Part shown: positions 9,783-19,875 of the stretch, piece after piece | Layout of the letters: every line of letters starts with the position of its first letter | Position numbering within the stretch: position 1 is the stretch's first letter | The notes under the pieces: model-generated | Seen by the model: only the letters and a program-made list of their open reading frames with translations | Told to the model about the DNA's origin: nothing | Database searches by the model: none | Position numbers and translations under genes: made by a program | Assembly: GCA_007128625.1 (NCBI GenBank) | Contig: SKXC01000098.1 | Location: 1-51,802 of the forward strand | DNA: 51,802 bases | Source of the DNA: Syntrophomonadaceae bacterium | GTDB lineage: Bacteria > Bacillota > Dethiobacteria > DTU022 | Direction: 5' to 3'

Positions 9783-10595
9783 ATGAGAATCGGTCTGGCC
9801 TTAAGTGGAGGAGCAGTCAGGGGTATTGCTCATATTGGTGTTCTTAAGTATCTGGAAGAACGCGAAATTAAACCATGTTGCCTGGCCGGAACCAGCGCGG
9901 GCAGTATTGTAGGCGCCTTATACTGTTCAGGCAAAACAGTTGAGGATTTGCAGCGGATCGCTTCAACCATATCATGGAAGGATCTTGTAAAATTTTCCTT
10001 TCCACAGGTTGGAATAATTGACTCTAAACGTCTTTTGCGAATCATTAAAGAACATATTGGTGAAACAACTTTTGACGAACTAAAGATCCCGCTTATTATT
10101 AATGCTGTTGATTTGTTAAGTGGAAAAGAGATTATTATTGAAGATGGAATCGTTGCTGAAGCGGTTCAGGCCAGCTGTGCCATACCCGGTATTTTTACAC
10201 CGGTAAAGAGGAATCAGTATCTTTTAGTTGATGGGGGTCTGCTTGACAATGTTCCTGCTGCACATATGAAAAACAGGAATATTGATCACCTAATTTCTGT
10301 TAATGTAGGAGCCCAGAGACCTTTAAATAAGGAGCCGGGTAATATATTTGAAATATTAATCCAGTCTTATGATGTTTTGCGCCGTCACCGTGATATACCT
10401 GCTTATGAGTATACCGATACACTTATAGAACCGGATCTGGCAGATATAACTTTTCACGATACCAGCAAGACCGACATTTTGATCGATAGGGGCTATAAAG
10501 CCGCCAGGCAAGTTTTAGATAATGTCAATTTAAAAAAGAAACCGAATCGTTTTTTTAAGTGGTTAGGTAAGCGCAAGAAGACAGGCACAGAATAG
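9783..10595 (+). CDS. patatin-like phospholipase family protein
   Basis: Oxyanion motif SGGAVRG, nucleophile GTSAG (GxSxG) and catalytic DGG (VDGGLLDN). I prefer the start at ATG 9783 (GGAGGTG RBS 6 nt upstream) to the ORF-track start at 9741. Confidence 0.8.
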   Translation: MRIGLALSGGAVRGIAHIGVLKYLEEREIKPCCLAGTSAGSIVGALYCSGKTVEDLQRIASTISWKDLVKFSFPQVGIIDSKRLLRIIKEHIGETTFDELKIPLIINAVDLLSGKEIIIEDGIVAEAVQASCAIPGIFTPVKRNQYLLVDGGLLDNVPAAHMKNRNIDHLISVNVGAQRPLNKEPGNIFEILIQSYDVLRRHRDIPAYEYTDTLIEPDLADITFHDTSKTDILIDRGYKAARQVLDNVNLKKKPNRFFKWLGKRKKTGTE

Positions 10596-10615
10596 AGAAA
10601 GATAGAGGTGATGAT

Positions 10616-11236
10616 ATGATGGGTTTGAGCTGCCGGGAGGTAATTCGCAAACGGCGCAGCATTAGAAAATTCGATTCCCGCCCGGTCTCTGCTGATCTGT
10701 TGGAAGAGATTATTGAAGCAGCCAGGCTGGCTCCTTCCGGAACGAATCGTCAGCCATGGCGCTTTATTTTGCTAAAAAGTGAAAAAGAAAAAGGAAAAAT
10801 TGCCGGGATTGTAATCCAGCCTTTTGTTTTAGAAGCACCGGCTGTTTTTGTTTGTTGTGTTGACCGTAATTCATTTACCCGCAGAATGGTTGGAAAAAGG
10901 CTGAAAGAGCTGGTTGATACAAACGTTGTCAGTCAAGAGTCAGCTGATTTTTTATCACAAAGAAATATACCTGAACGGGTGGAAGAGGTAATTACCCCTT
11001 CTTCAGCTTATCTTGATCTTGGCATCGCTGTTGAACATATGGTTTTACAGGCTACAGCACTGGGTTTGGGCAGCTGTTGGGTGCGTTTGTTCAATACCCG
11101 ACAAATGCATAAAGCCCTGGGGCTGCCGGAAGAGATCGAAGTTGTGGCTCTCCTGCCGGTTGGTTATCCGGCACATTCACCACCTCTTCGTCCGCGCTTG
11201 AATAGAGATGATATTATTATTGAGCCCGATAATTAG
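10616..11236 (+). CDS. nitroreductase family protein (FMN-dependent)
   Basis: RRSIRKFDSRPV and APSGTNRQPWRF motifs. 206 aa. Confidence 0.8.
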   Translation: MMGLSCREVIRKRRSIRKFDSRPVSADLLEEIIEAARLAPSGTNRQPWRFILLKSEKEKGKIAGIVIQPFVLEAPAVFVCCVDRNSFTRRMVGKRLKELVDTNVVSQESADFLSQRNIPERVEEVITPSSAYLDLGIAVEHMVLQATALGLGSCWVRLFNTRQMHKALGLPEEIEVVALLPVGYPAHSPPLRPRLNRDDIIIEPDN

Positions 11237-11317
11237 GGCTGCTGCACATTGTATTGGAGAAGATAGATTTTCTGTTTATAGAGGTCTTCTAAAATAAATG
11301 TCCGAACTGCTATATTT

Positions 11318-11362
11318 AAAAAGAAGGAGCATTCCTTTTTATTTATTAAGGAAGCTCCTTCT
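11318..11362. terminator. Rho-independent terminator downstream of PFOR, also facing the nitroreductase gene
   Basis: GAAGGAGC (11323-11330) pairs with GCTCCTTC (11354-11361). On the minus strand the hairpin is followed by TTTTTAAATAT. Confidence 0.6.
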
Positions 11363-11390
11363 TCATTGGTGATCTATGAATAGTTCTTCT

Positions 11391-14300
11391 TTAACTATCT
11401 GAATCGGCCTGGACCTGCGCCATTTGTTTGTACATCTCCAACCTTTCTTTATTTGCCTTTTCAGCTTTTTCAAACAGTTCTTCAGCCCGTTCAGGAAACT
11501 CTTTTTGCAGTGAGCGAAAACGCACTTCATTCATCATAAAAGTGTGCAGTTTTTCTTTAGGCTCTTTAGAATCTAAGATGAAGGGATTCTTGCCTTCTTT
11601 AGTCAACAGTGGGTTATAGCGGTAAAGCGGCCAGTAACCTGATTCGACAGCCAACTTTCCTTCCCTCTGACTCTTGCTCATATCGATTCCATGACCAATA
11701 CAGGGTGAATAGGCGATTATTATCGATGGCCCGGGGTATGCCTCGGCTTCTATAGCTGCTTTAAGAAACTGATTTTGATTGGCTCCCATCGAAACCATGG
11801 CCACGTATACATAGCCATATGTAACCGCCATGAGGCCAAGGTCTTTTTTCCGCATTTCCTTTCCTGCCGCAGCAAACTTAGCGATTGCAGCAATAGGTGT
11901 CGATTTTGATGATTGTCCTCCTGTGTTCGAGTAAACTTCTGTATCTAAAACCAGTATGTTTACGTCAGCTCCCGTGGCTATCACATGATCAAGTCCCCCA
12001 TAGCCGATATCATAAGCCCAACCGTCTCCTCCGATTATCCAAATTGATCGTTTTGGTAAAAGGCCTGATTTTCCCCTTATATCACTTAACAGTTCGGCGT
12101 TATCTGCCTGTGGTTTTTCAGCTTCCAGCAGTTCACTTACCCGATCGGCAGCTTTTAAAGAGGGATCGCCCTGGTCTTTAACATCTAACCAATTTTGCAG
12201 AGCTTCTTTTAATGATGCCGATATGCTGGTATGGATTATCCGGTTAACAGAATCAACAAGTTTTAATCTCTGCTGGTTTATTCCCAGGGAATAGCCGAAA
12301 CCAAATTCGGCATTGTCTTCAAAAAGTGAGCTGGCCCAGGCCGGACCGCGGCCGCTGCTGTCAACTGTATATGGGACAGTAGGTGCATTGCCTCCATAAA
12401 TGGAAGAACACCCGGTTGCATTGGCAATAACCATACGGTTGCCAAACAACTGGGTGATTACCTTAACATATGGGGTTTCTCCACAACCAGCACAGGCCCC
12501 CGAATATTCAAATAGCGGTTTGCGGTACTGACTGCCACGAACAGTGCTCGGCGAAATGTCCAAATCCAGCTCGGGTAAACTTTCAGCAAAACGAAACTTG
12601 GCATCTTCAGCATCCGTCACTTCTTCCAGAGGTTCCATTTTCAGTGCTTTTTCCCTGGCCGGGCAGACATCTACGCAGTTTCCACAGCCGGTACAGTCGA
12701 GTGGTGATAGTTGGATCCTGTACTGCAATCCCTTGATATCTTTGGCTTTGCCATCTATGGTGGTAAAATTCTCTGGTTTCTTATCCAGGTCCTCAGGACG
12801 AGCCAGGTAAGGTCTGATTACAGCATGGGGACATATAAATGAGCATTGGTTGCACTGAATACAATTGTCCGGCAGCCATATCGGGACTTGAACGGCAATT
12901 CCTCTTTTCTCATAACGTGTTGTTGCTGTTGGAACGGTACCATCAGGATTAAACGCACTAACCGGAAGGTCATCACCTTTTAGCTCAATCATCGGGTAAA
13001 CAGTCTCACAGACATACTGAGGAGCTTCTTCCGGTTCATAAGTGGAACCGGTGGCAGCTTCAGCCCAGCTTTGAGGATAGTTTACTTCTTCTATGGCTTC
13101 CAATGCTTTATAGATTGCATTAACATTCATCTCAACGACATCTTTGCCTTTTTTGCCATAGGTTTTTTCGATCATTTTTTCAATTTCTTTAAAAGCCAGG
13201 TCAGGCTCGATTACCTCGGATAGTTTAAAGAAAGCTGATTGCATGATAATATTGATACGTCCACCCAGGCCAAGCTCACTGGCAATTTTAAAAGCATCTA
13301 TGTTATAAAACTTAAGGTTCTTTTGGGCGATAGTCCTTTTCATTTCTGCGGGCAGGTGCTCTTCCATTTCTTCACTGTTCCAGTGGGAATTTAACAAGAA
13401 TATACCGTTTTCCCTGATTCCTTCCAGGATATCATAACGGGCAACAAATGAAGGGTTATGACAGGCAATAAAATCAGCTTCGTCAATGGTGTAAGTCGAT
13501 TTAATTTGCTCATTCCCAAAGCGCAGGTGTGAAACGGTAATGCCACCGGATTTCTTCGAATCGTAGACAAAGTAGCCCTGTGCATAGAGGTCAGTATTAT
13601 TACCGATAATAATAATACTATTTTTATTGGCGCCGACTGTGCCATCTGCGCCAAGTCCGAAAAATTTAGCCCTGTGAGTCCCTTCAGGAGAAGTATGGAA
13701 GCTTTTTGGTATTTCGAGAGAAGTGTGTGACACATCGTCATTAATGCCAACTGTAAAATGGTTTTTTGGCTGTTCGGAATGGAGATTGTTAAAAACAGCC
13801 TTAACCATACGGGGGTTGAATTCTTTTGAACCGAGTCCGTAACGTCCACCTATAACCAGCAGAGTCCGGTTTGCTTCCATCAGGGCGGTGCATATATCCT
13901 GGTAAAGCGGTTCTCCTAAAGAGCCCGGTTCCTTCGTCCGGTCTAAAACTGCGATTCGCTTACAGGTTTCCGGCAGAGCGGCTAAGAAGTGGCTCCTGGA
14001 AAATGGCCTGAAAAGGCGAACCTTAATCAGTCCCACTTTTTCACCCTGTTTATTAAGGTAGTTAACTGCTTCTTCAACTGTATCGCAGGCTGAGCCCATA
14101 CAGACTATTACTGAGTAGGCGTCTGGGGCACCACAGTAATCGAATAATTGATAGTGTCGACCAGTTAGTTCGAACACTTGATCCATAACAGCGGCTACTT
14201 TTTCAGGAGTTTCAAGGTAGTAAGGATTAGCAGCTTCCCTGTTTTGAAAATAAATATCCGGGTTTTGCGCAGTACCTCGCTGGTGTGGTTTTTCGGGGCT

Positions 14301-14924
14301 TAGCGCACGTTCGCGAAAAGCTTTGATTGCATCCCAGTCAACCATTTTTTTGATATCTTCATAGTCAACGAGTTCAACTTTCTGCACCTCGTGAGATGTG
14401 CGGAACCCATCAAAAAAATGCAGAAAAGGAACCCTTGTTTTTAAAGTGCTCAGGTGGGATACAAGAGCCAGGTCGATCACTTCCTGAACTGAAGCCGAAG
14501 CAATCATTGCAAATCCAGTCTGCCTGGCAGCCATTACATCGGAATGATCGCCGAAAATCGATAGCGCATGGGTTGAAAGAGCCCGCGCTGAGACATGAAA
14601 AACTGAGGGTAGCAGTTCACCTGAGATTTTGTACATATTAGGAATTTTTAACAGCAAACCCTGGGATGCCGTAAATGTTGTTGTCAATGCTCCATTAACC
14701 AAAGAACCATGGACCGCCCCGGCTGCTCCTGCCTCAGATTGCATCGTGGCTACTTTCAAAGTTTGGCCGAAAATATTTTTTCGCCCGTAAGCGGCCCACT
14801 CATCGCATATTTCAGCCATCGGAGATGAAGGTGTAATAGGGTATATAGCTGCTACATCACTCAAAGCATAAGCTATATATGATGCGGCTGTGTTGCCATC
14901 CATTGTGTCAAATTGTTTAGTCAA
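11391..14924 (-). CDS. nifJ: pyruvate:ferredoxin (flavodoxin) oxidoreductase, single-polypeptide type
   Basis: 1177 aa. Has two ferredoxin-type motifs (CIQCNQCSFICP, CTGCGNCVDVCP), the TPP motif GGDGWAYDIG, and full-length PFOR architecture. Confidence 0.95.
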   Translation of the reverse strand: MTKQFDTMDGNTAASYIAYALSDVAAIYPITPSSPMAEICDEWAAYGRKNIFGQTLKVATMQSEAGAAGAVHGSLVNGALTTTFTASQGLLLKIPNMYKISGELLPSVFHVSARALSTHALSIFGDHSDVMAARQTGFAMIASASVQEVIDLALVSHLSTLKTRVPFLHFFDGFRTSHEVQKVELVDYEDIKKMVDWDAIKAFRERALSPEKPHQRGTAQNPDIYFQNREAANPYYLETPEKVAAVMDQVFELTGRHYQLFDYCGAPDAYSVIVCMGSACDTVEEAVNYLNKQGEKVGLIKVRLFRPFSRSHFLAALPETCKRIAVLDRTKEPGSLGEPLYQDICTALMEANRTLLVIGGRYGLGSKEFNPRMVKAVFNNLHSEQPKNHFTVGINDDVSHTSLEIPKSFHTSPEGTHRAKFFGLGADGTVGANKNSIIIIGNNTDLYAQGYFVYDSKKSGGITVSHLRFGNEQIKSTYTIDEADFIACHNPSFVARYDILEGIRENGIFLLNSHWNSEEMEEHLPAEMKRTIAQKNLKFYNIDAFKIASELGLGGRINIIMQSAFFKLSEVIEPDLAFKEIEKMIEKTYGKKGKDVVEMNVNAIYKALEAIEEVNYPQSWAEAATGSTYEPEEAPQYVCETVYPMIELKGDDLPVSAFNPDGTVPTATTRYEKRGIAVQVPIWLPDNCIQCNQCSFICPHAVIRPYLARPEDLDKKPENFTTIDGKAKDIKGLQYRIQLSPLDCTGCGNCVDVCPAREKALKMEPLEEVTDAEDAKFRFAESLPELDLDISPSTVRGSQYRKPLFEYSGACAGCGETPYVKVITQLFGNRMVIANATGCSSIYGGNAPTVPYTVDSSGRGPAWASSLFEDNAEFGFGYSLGINQQRLKLVDSVNRIIHTSISASLKEALQNWLDVKDQGDPSLKAADRVSELLEAEKPQADNAELLSDIRGKSGLLPKRSIWIIGGDGWAYDIGYGGLDHVIATGADVNILVLDTEVYSNTGGQSSKSTPIAAIAKFAAAGKEMRKKDLGLMAVTYGYVYVAMVSMGANQNQFLKAAIEAEAYPGPSIIIAYSPCIGHGIDMSKSQREGKLAVESGYWPLYRYNPLLTKEGKNPFILDSKEPKEKLHTFMMNEVRFRSLQKEFPERAEELFEKAEKANKERLEMYKQMAQVQADSDS

Positions 14925-15087
14925 AAGGCATACCTCCTGTTGATTTGTTTTTTACAGCCTGATAATTTACTCATTACCGACCTCAACTTATATTATATTA
15001 CCATTATATAATTTCAACAACAAATTTGATTGTCCACTAAACAAAATTTATAGTCAATAGAAAAAATAAATTTTCTGGTCTTAATTA

Positions 15088-17769
15088 CTACTCATCAAAA
15101 CTTTTTATTTGTTCAATAATTCGTAAAAAAATGTCGACCAGATCAGGGTCGAACTGGGTGCCGGCATTTGTTTTTAGTTCAGCAATTGCTTTTTCTGTCG
15201 TCATAGCCTTACGGTACGGACGATCGCTGGTCATTGCATCATAGGCATCTGCTATGGCCATGATTCTACACTCAATAGGTATATCATTTCCACTGATTCC
15301 GAGGGGATAACCGTTACCATCCCAGTGTTCGTGATGTTTTAGAATTAGATTCGCTATTGTCGATAAGTCAACTGACGATAGGGCTATACGGTAGCCTTTT
15401 TCCGAATGCTGTTTCATGATCTGCCACTCTTGTTCTGTTAGTGGCCCCTTTTTAAAAAGGATGTTGTCAGGGGTGCCAACTTTACCAAGATCATGGACCT
15501 GGGCCAGTAAACTTAAGTCTGACAATTGTTTCTGTGATAGGTCAATTGTTTTCCCAATTTCCAGGCATAGCTTTTTAAGCCGGTGTGCATGGCCCATGGT
15601 AATATGATCTCTTTCTCCCAGCGTTGCCATAAGAGACTGAATAATCTGGGATCTGGCATCGACGCCTTTGTGTAATTTTGCCCTGTACATTAAGTCGTCA
15701 GCTTCTTTGAAAGTTTGCTGTAAAGATTTATTACCACTGTCTGCAGTAGCATAGCCCAATGATATGCTGAGCGGCAGTGGGTGCTGATTTTCCTTATTTT
15801 CCTTATCTACCATGGTTTGAATGCGCCTTGCTATTTTTTCTCCGGTGTGAGAATCGGTTCCAGGCAATAGGGCTACAAATTCATCACCTCCGACCCGGGC
15901 CAAAATATCTCTTTCGCGTAATGTCTTTTTCAAAATCCTTGCTGAAGCAGCTAATAATTGATCTCCTTTTTCATGGCCTACGGTGTCGTTTATCAGTTTT
16001 AAACCATCCAGATCAAAAGATATAACTGTAACCGGGTAATCACCGCTTATGCTCAATCGTTCAAGCTCGTTTTCAAAATAAGCGCGGTTATATAAACCGG
16101 TCAGCTGATCGTGCAGGCTTAAATATTTCAGTTGATTCTCATAACGTTTACGCTCGGTAACATCACGGCCTACACCTCGGAAACCCGGCAAGCTCCCTTT
16201 CTTGCCTTCCATAAGCGATAATGAAAATTCAGCGTATGCTGTGGAACCGTCTTTTTTGATCATTTGAAAAGTTTCGGCATGTACAGTTTTTCCTGTCTTG
16301 AAAACCTTGTTGAAACTCTTAAAGACAGCCTTGTAATCATTGCAAAATTCCCGGTAGTTCTTGCCGATAAATTCAGCAACACTATAACCGAGGGAGGAAG
16401 CTGCCGCTTCATTGCAAAATGTAATATTGCCTTTAAAATCTGTTTCAAAATAACCGTCATTAATGGAGTTTAATATTTCCCGGTGTTTTTTTTCCGATTC
16501 CTTTAAAGCTTGTTCAGCTAATTTTTTTTGGCTGATATCTGTGACAAAGCCTTCTAAAAATATCACGTCACCCTCTTTATTATAAACACCTTTAGCTCGT
16601 TCCCAGACCCATCTGGTCTCCCCGGAAGATGTAATAATTGGATACTCAAGTTCTGGGGTGGCCCCAGTTGAAAGTTTATGTTGAAATAGTTCCCAGACTT
16701 TTTCCTGGAAGTCGGGATGAATCAAATCATTGTATGAAAGGAGTTTGTTTGCGACCAGATCTTCAGGCCTGTAACCGGTTATTTTAAGACAGCCGCTGCT
16801 AATAAATTCCATGGTCCAGTTTCGATCGTTTCGGCACCTGTATACCATGCCTGGAAGATTACCAAGCAGATTATTTAACTGTCTTTCCCGCTCCTGTAAC
16901 TTTTTTACCGCCTCTTTTCTATCGGTAATGTCGTTATAAATAGCATAACCACCGCAAAACTGATTATTTATGAATACTGGCACACCCTTGATCAACACTT
17001 CAATCCGGCCACCATGCCTGGTATAACGGGTGCCTTCGGTGATAATATTTTGTCCGGATAAAACCTTTCTGGTATAATCCCGGTTTGCTGAATCCTTTTT
17101 TCCTTGTTCAAGGACATCATCTACATCTATTCCAGCTATTTCATGCAGTCCATAACCAAATAAATCTTGAAAGTTTTGATTGATATCAATAATCCGGTGA
17201 TACTGATCAAAATAAGCAATGGCATCTGTTGAGTTTTTAAATAAAGCTGCCAGAAGCTTATTATGATTAATTATCTTCTTTTCGGTTTCTTTACGGTCTG
17301 AAGCGTCATAATATTGCCATATATGACCGGATAAGGTTAAATCTTCATCGAATACCGGGATATAGTTTAGTTCAAAAACCCGGCCGTCTAAGAAAGCTAC
17401 TTCTGCGGCAATAAGCGTTTTGCGGCAGGAAAGCATTTTATTGATTTGTGCGGAAAATTTTTCTGGGTCTGCAAGCAGGTGTTTGTATTTTTCTATAAGC
17501 ATAGTATGATCACTGCCAATAATCTCATCAGGTTTGTAAGGGATCGAAAAAATTTCGCAGAATAACCGGTTGGTCAGGATAATATTTCTATTTATATCTT
17601 CTAAAAGAATGGCGGCAGGTGTATGCTCAACCATTGCTGTAAAATGAATAAGATTATCCTTGAGCTTACTATTCATATGCTCAACCCGGTTAAATTCTTT
17701 AGCATTTATATTATTAAACTCAGCTTTTTCCCTTTGGCTGCTGCTCTTATTTTTTCTGAACAAAAGCAA
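15088..17769 (-). CDS. multi-PAS sensor with GGDEF diguanylate cyclase and HD-GYP phosphodiesterase domains
   Basis: 893 aa. Repeated PAS-like blocks, then RERDILARVGGDEF (RxxD I-site plus GGDEF), then HDLGK ... HHEHWDGNGYP (HD-GYP). TTG start behind AGGAGG. Confidence 0.85.
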   Translation of the reverse strand: MLLFRKNKSSSQREKAEFNNINAKEFNRVEHMNSKLKDNLIHFTAMVEHTPAAILLEDINRNIILTNRLFCEIFSIPYKPDEIIGSDHTMLIEKYKHLLADPEKFSAQINKMLSCRKTLIAAEVAFLDGRVFELNYIPVFDEDLTLSGHIWQYYDASDRKETEKKIINHNKLLAALFKNSTDAIAYFDQYHRIIDINQNFQDLFGYGLHEIAGIDVDDVLEQGKKDSANRDYTRKVLSGQNIITEGTRYTRHGGRIEVLIKGVPVFINNQFCGGYAIYNDITDRKEAVKKLQERERQLNNLLGNLPGMVYRCRNDRNWTMEFISSGCLKITGYRPEDLVANKLLSYNDLIHPDFQEKVWELFQHKLSTGATPELEYPIITSSGETRWVWERAKGVYNKEGDVIFLEGFVTDISQKKLAEQALKESEKKHREILNSINDGYFETDFKGNITFCNEAAASSLGYSVAEFIGKNYREFCNDYKAVFKSFNKVFKTGKTVHAETFQMIKKDGSTAYAEFSLSLMEGKKGSLPGFRGVGRDVTERKRYENQLKYLSLHDQLTGLYNRAYFENELERLSISGDYPVTVISFDLDGLKLINDTVGHEKGDQLLAASARILKKTLRERDILARVGGDEFVALLPGTDSHTGEKIARRIQTMVDKENKENQHPLPLSISLGYATADSGNKSLQQTFKEADDLMYRAKLHKGVDARSQIIQSLMATLGERDHITMGHAHRLKKLCLEIGKTIDLSQKQLSDLSLLAQVHDLGKVGTPDNILFKKGPLTEQEWQIMKQHSEKGYRIALSSVDLSTIANLILKHHEHWDGNGYPLGISGNDIPIECRIMAIADAYDAMTSDRPYRKAMTTEKAIAELKTNAGTQFDPDLVDIFLRIIEQIKSFDE

Positions 17770-17793
17770 TTATTCCTCCTGGCTGTACATGAG

Positions 17794-17821
17794 CTTAAAT
17801 ATTTATACTTAAATATTTATA
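17794..17821. repeat. perfect tandem duplication of a 14-nt unit (CTTAAATATTTATA x2) in the leader/promoter of the GGDEF-HD-GYP gene
   Basis: Read directly. 17794-17807 is identical to 17808-17821. On the minus strand each copy reads TATAAATATTTAAG, which is -10-like. Confidence 0.9.
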
Positions 17822-18044
17822 GTTTCTTCTACATTCTACCTTATTATCCCTTTTATTAGCTTAAATTAAGCTTTTTCGGGATATGTTCTTAAGTAAATGG
17901 TTTTATGAAGTCAGGTAATTGTTTATTAGTCATTTACCATGATAGATGATTGCTTTAATCTGAATTTTAAAGGACATTCAGTGTTCTTTGGCGAAATTTA
18001 AAATAGAAATATGATGGTATTATTATCCCGGGAAGGTTGGTCTT

Positions 18045-18929
18045 ATGGTTCCTCTACAATATGAAGGCGATGTTTACAGGCCGCCCAGTGAAGCAAAAAG
18101 CCTTATTTTGCAGGCTACAATTGGCTGCTCATATAATCGTTGTACTTTCTGCAGCATCTATAAAAAGAAGAAATTCCGAGTGCGTACACTGGACGAAATC
18201 AAGAAAGAAATAGCTTTTACTTCCGGCTTACTCCCTCATACCCGTCGAGTTTTTTTAGCTGACGGCAACGCCCTGGTAATCCCTACGGAACAGCTGCTGG
18301 AGATTTTGCAGAGCCTGGATCGTTTTTTCCCAAACTTAGAACGTGTGTCTGTATACGGCAACACCCAGGATCTGTTGGAAAAAAATGTGGCAGAACTCAA
18401 AATGCTAAGGAAAAACAAGCTGGATATTATCTACCTGGGTATTGAAAGCGGCAGTGCCAAAGTTCTTATGGATGTCAAAAAAGGAGTAAATCCGCATGAA
18501 ATTGCTCAGGCTGCGGCGAGGGCAAAAGAAGCGGAGATACCACTTTCTGTTACCGTGATTAACGGCCTGGCCGGAGTTGAAGGTTCTGAGGAGCATGCCA
18601 GGGAAACCGCCTGCCTGCTAAACAAAATGGACCCTGAATATTTAGGTTTGCTCAGCCTGATTACTGTACCGGGAACGACTATACACCGCCAGTTTAGAGA
18701 AGGCAAGCTCACTCCGCTTAGCCCCTGGGAACTGCTTCATGAAATCAAGATGATTGTCGAAGGTCTATCATTAACCAATTGTGTTTTTCGGGCCAATCAT
18801 GCTTCCAACTATCTGCCGTTAAAAGCAACCCTTCCCCGGGATAAGAATTCTCTTTTAGTTGAATTGGATAAAGTTATTAAAAAGAAAACCCCTGGCTCAC
18901 TTAAAAGTGAATTATTTCGCGGCTTATAA
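18045..18929 (+). CDS. radical SAM protein of unknown function
   Basis: 294 aa. Cluster motif GCSYNRCTFCSIY near the N-terminus (spacing CX4CX2C) and a TIM-barrel-like remainder with GIESGS. Confidence 0.7.
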   Translation: MVPLQYEGDVYRPPSEAKSLILQATIGCSYNRCTFCSIYKKKKFRVRTLDEIKKEIAFTSGLLPHTRRVFLADGNALVIPTEQLLEILQSLDRFFPNLERVSVYGNTQDLLEKNVAELKMLRKNKLDIIYLGIESGSAKVLMDVKKGVNPHEIAQAAARAKEAEIPLSVTVINGLAGVEGSEEHARETACLLNKMDPEYLGLLSLITVPGTTIHRQFREGKLTPLSPWELLHEIKMIVEGLSLTNCVFRANHASNYLPLKATLPRDKNSLLVELDKVIKKKTPGSLKSELFRGL

Positions 18930-19020
18930 TATTTAACCCCTGTTTTGCTTATATTTTAACCGTAAGAACGGTAAAAGAAAACATTGCATCGGGTCAAAGG
19001 CGCTTGGGGGAATTAAAAAA

Positions 19021-19491
19021 ATGAAAAAGACTAATGCTGCCCGAATCCTCGATCGTTTAAAGATTGATTACCGGTTAACAGAGTTCTCCGTCGATGAGCA
19101 AGATTTAAGCGCAAGAAATGCTGCAGAAAAGCTTAAAATACCTCCGGAACAGGTTTTTAAGACCCTGGTAGCCCGGGGAAATAAGACCGGTGTAGTTGTA
19201 GTCTCAATTCCGGGTAGTGCTGAATTGGATTTAAAAGCCATGGCTAAAATGAGTGGCAACAAGAAAGTAGAATTAGTTCCTTTAAAGGAGATCCAGCAGT
19301 TGACCGGCTACTTAAGAGGGGCGGTTTCTCCCCTGGGTATGAAAGTCAACTACTCCTGTTATGTTGATCAGAGCGCCTTTAATTATTCTTATATTTTTAT
19401 CAATGCCGGGGCTCGTGGGATTCAAATCAGAATTACTCCAAGCGATCTGGTCAACTTAATTGGGGCTGTTACGGGGAAATTGATCATTTAA
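19021..19491 (+). CDS. ybaK: Cys-tRNA(Pro)/Cys-tRNA(Cys) deacylase YbaK
   Basis: 156 aa. MKKTNAARILDRLKIDY... and GYLRGAVSPLG are typical of YbaK trans-editing proteins. Confidence 0.85.
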   Translation: MKKTNAARILDRLKIDYRLTEFSVDEQDLSARNAAEKLKIPPEQVFKTLVARGNKTGVVVVSIPGSAELDLKAMAKMSGNKKVELVPLKEIQQLTGYLRGAVSPLGMKVNYSCYVDQSAFNYSYIFINAGARGIQIRITPSDLVNLIGAVTGKLII

Positions 19492-19530
19492 AAGGGCATT
19501 CTCCAACTGGCTAAGTAAGAGCATGCCCTT
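19492..19530. terminator. hairpin between the convergent ybaK and csp genes
   Basis: AAGGGCAT (19492-19499) pairs with ATGCCCTT (19523-19530). The flanking T-tracts are imperfect on both strands. Confidence 0.45.
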
Positions 19531-19553
19531 AAAAGTGTTCTTTTTATAAAAAT

Positions 19554-19751
19554 TTACAGGGGGACAACGTTAGCTGCTTGTGCTCCCCGGTTGCCTTCAA
19601 CAACCTCAAATTCTACAGATTGACCTTCTTCAAGTGTTTTGAATCCTTCGGACTGGATAGCGGAAAAGTGCACAAAAACATCTCCATCTTCCTCTGTTTC
19701 GATAAAACCGTACCCTTTGTCTGGGTTAAACCATTTTACTTTACCTTGCAT
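19554..19751 (-). CDS. cspA: cold-shock protein (CspA family)
   Basis: 65 aa. [12 protein letters not shown] (RNP1) and VFVHFSAI (RNP2). GAAGGAGA RBS. Confidence 0.95.
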   Translation of the reverse strand: MQGKVKWFNPDKGYGFIETEEDGDVFVHFSAIQSEGFKTLEEGQSVEFEVVEGNRGAQAANVVPL

Positions 19752-19875
19752 TTAACAAATTCTCCTTCGCTTAGAAATTAATCAAAAAGAGGAATTTCGT
19801 CAAACCCCATTCCTTTTCCCAAGCAAAGGTATTAAGATAGTTTGCGTTATTCACATCTTTTCAACACTGACCCAA

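Noticed and set aside
9783-10595. The patatin-like phospholipase as a CBASS-type (CapV) defence effector
   Set aside because: No cyclase/CD-NTase, no accessory genes and no island context. It sits beside coaX in a housekeeping neighbourhood, like the YlbK/RssA-type patatins of Firmicutes.
13391-13849. A 152-aa out-of-frame same-strand ORF inside PFOR, together with similar internal or antisense ORFs (3165-3524, 27577-28035, 1603-1983, 45668-46039, 30187-30558)
   Set aside because: All are nested within confidently assigned genes. They lack start-site signals and have odd composition, so they are treated as frame shadows.
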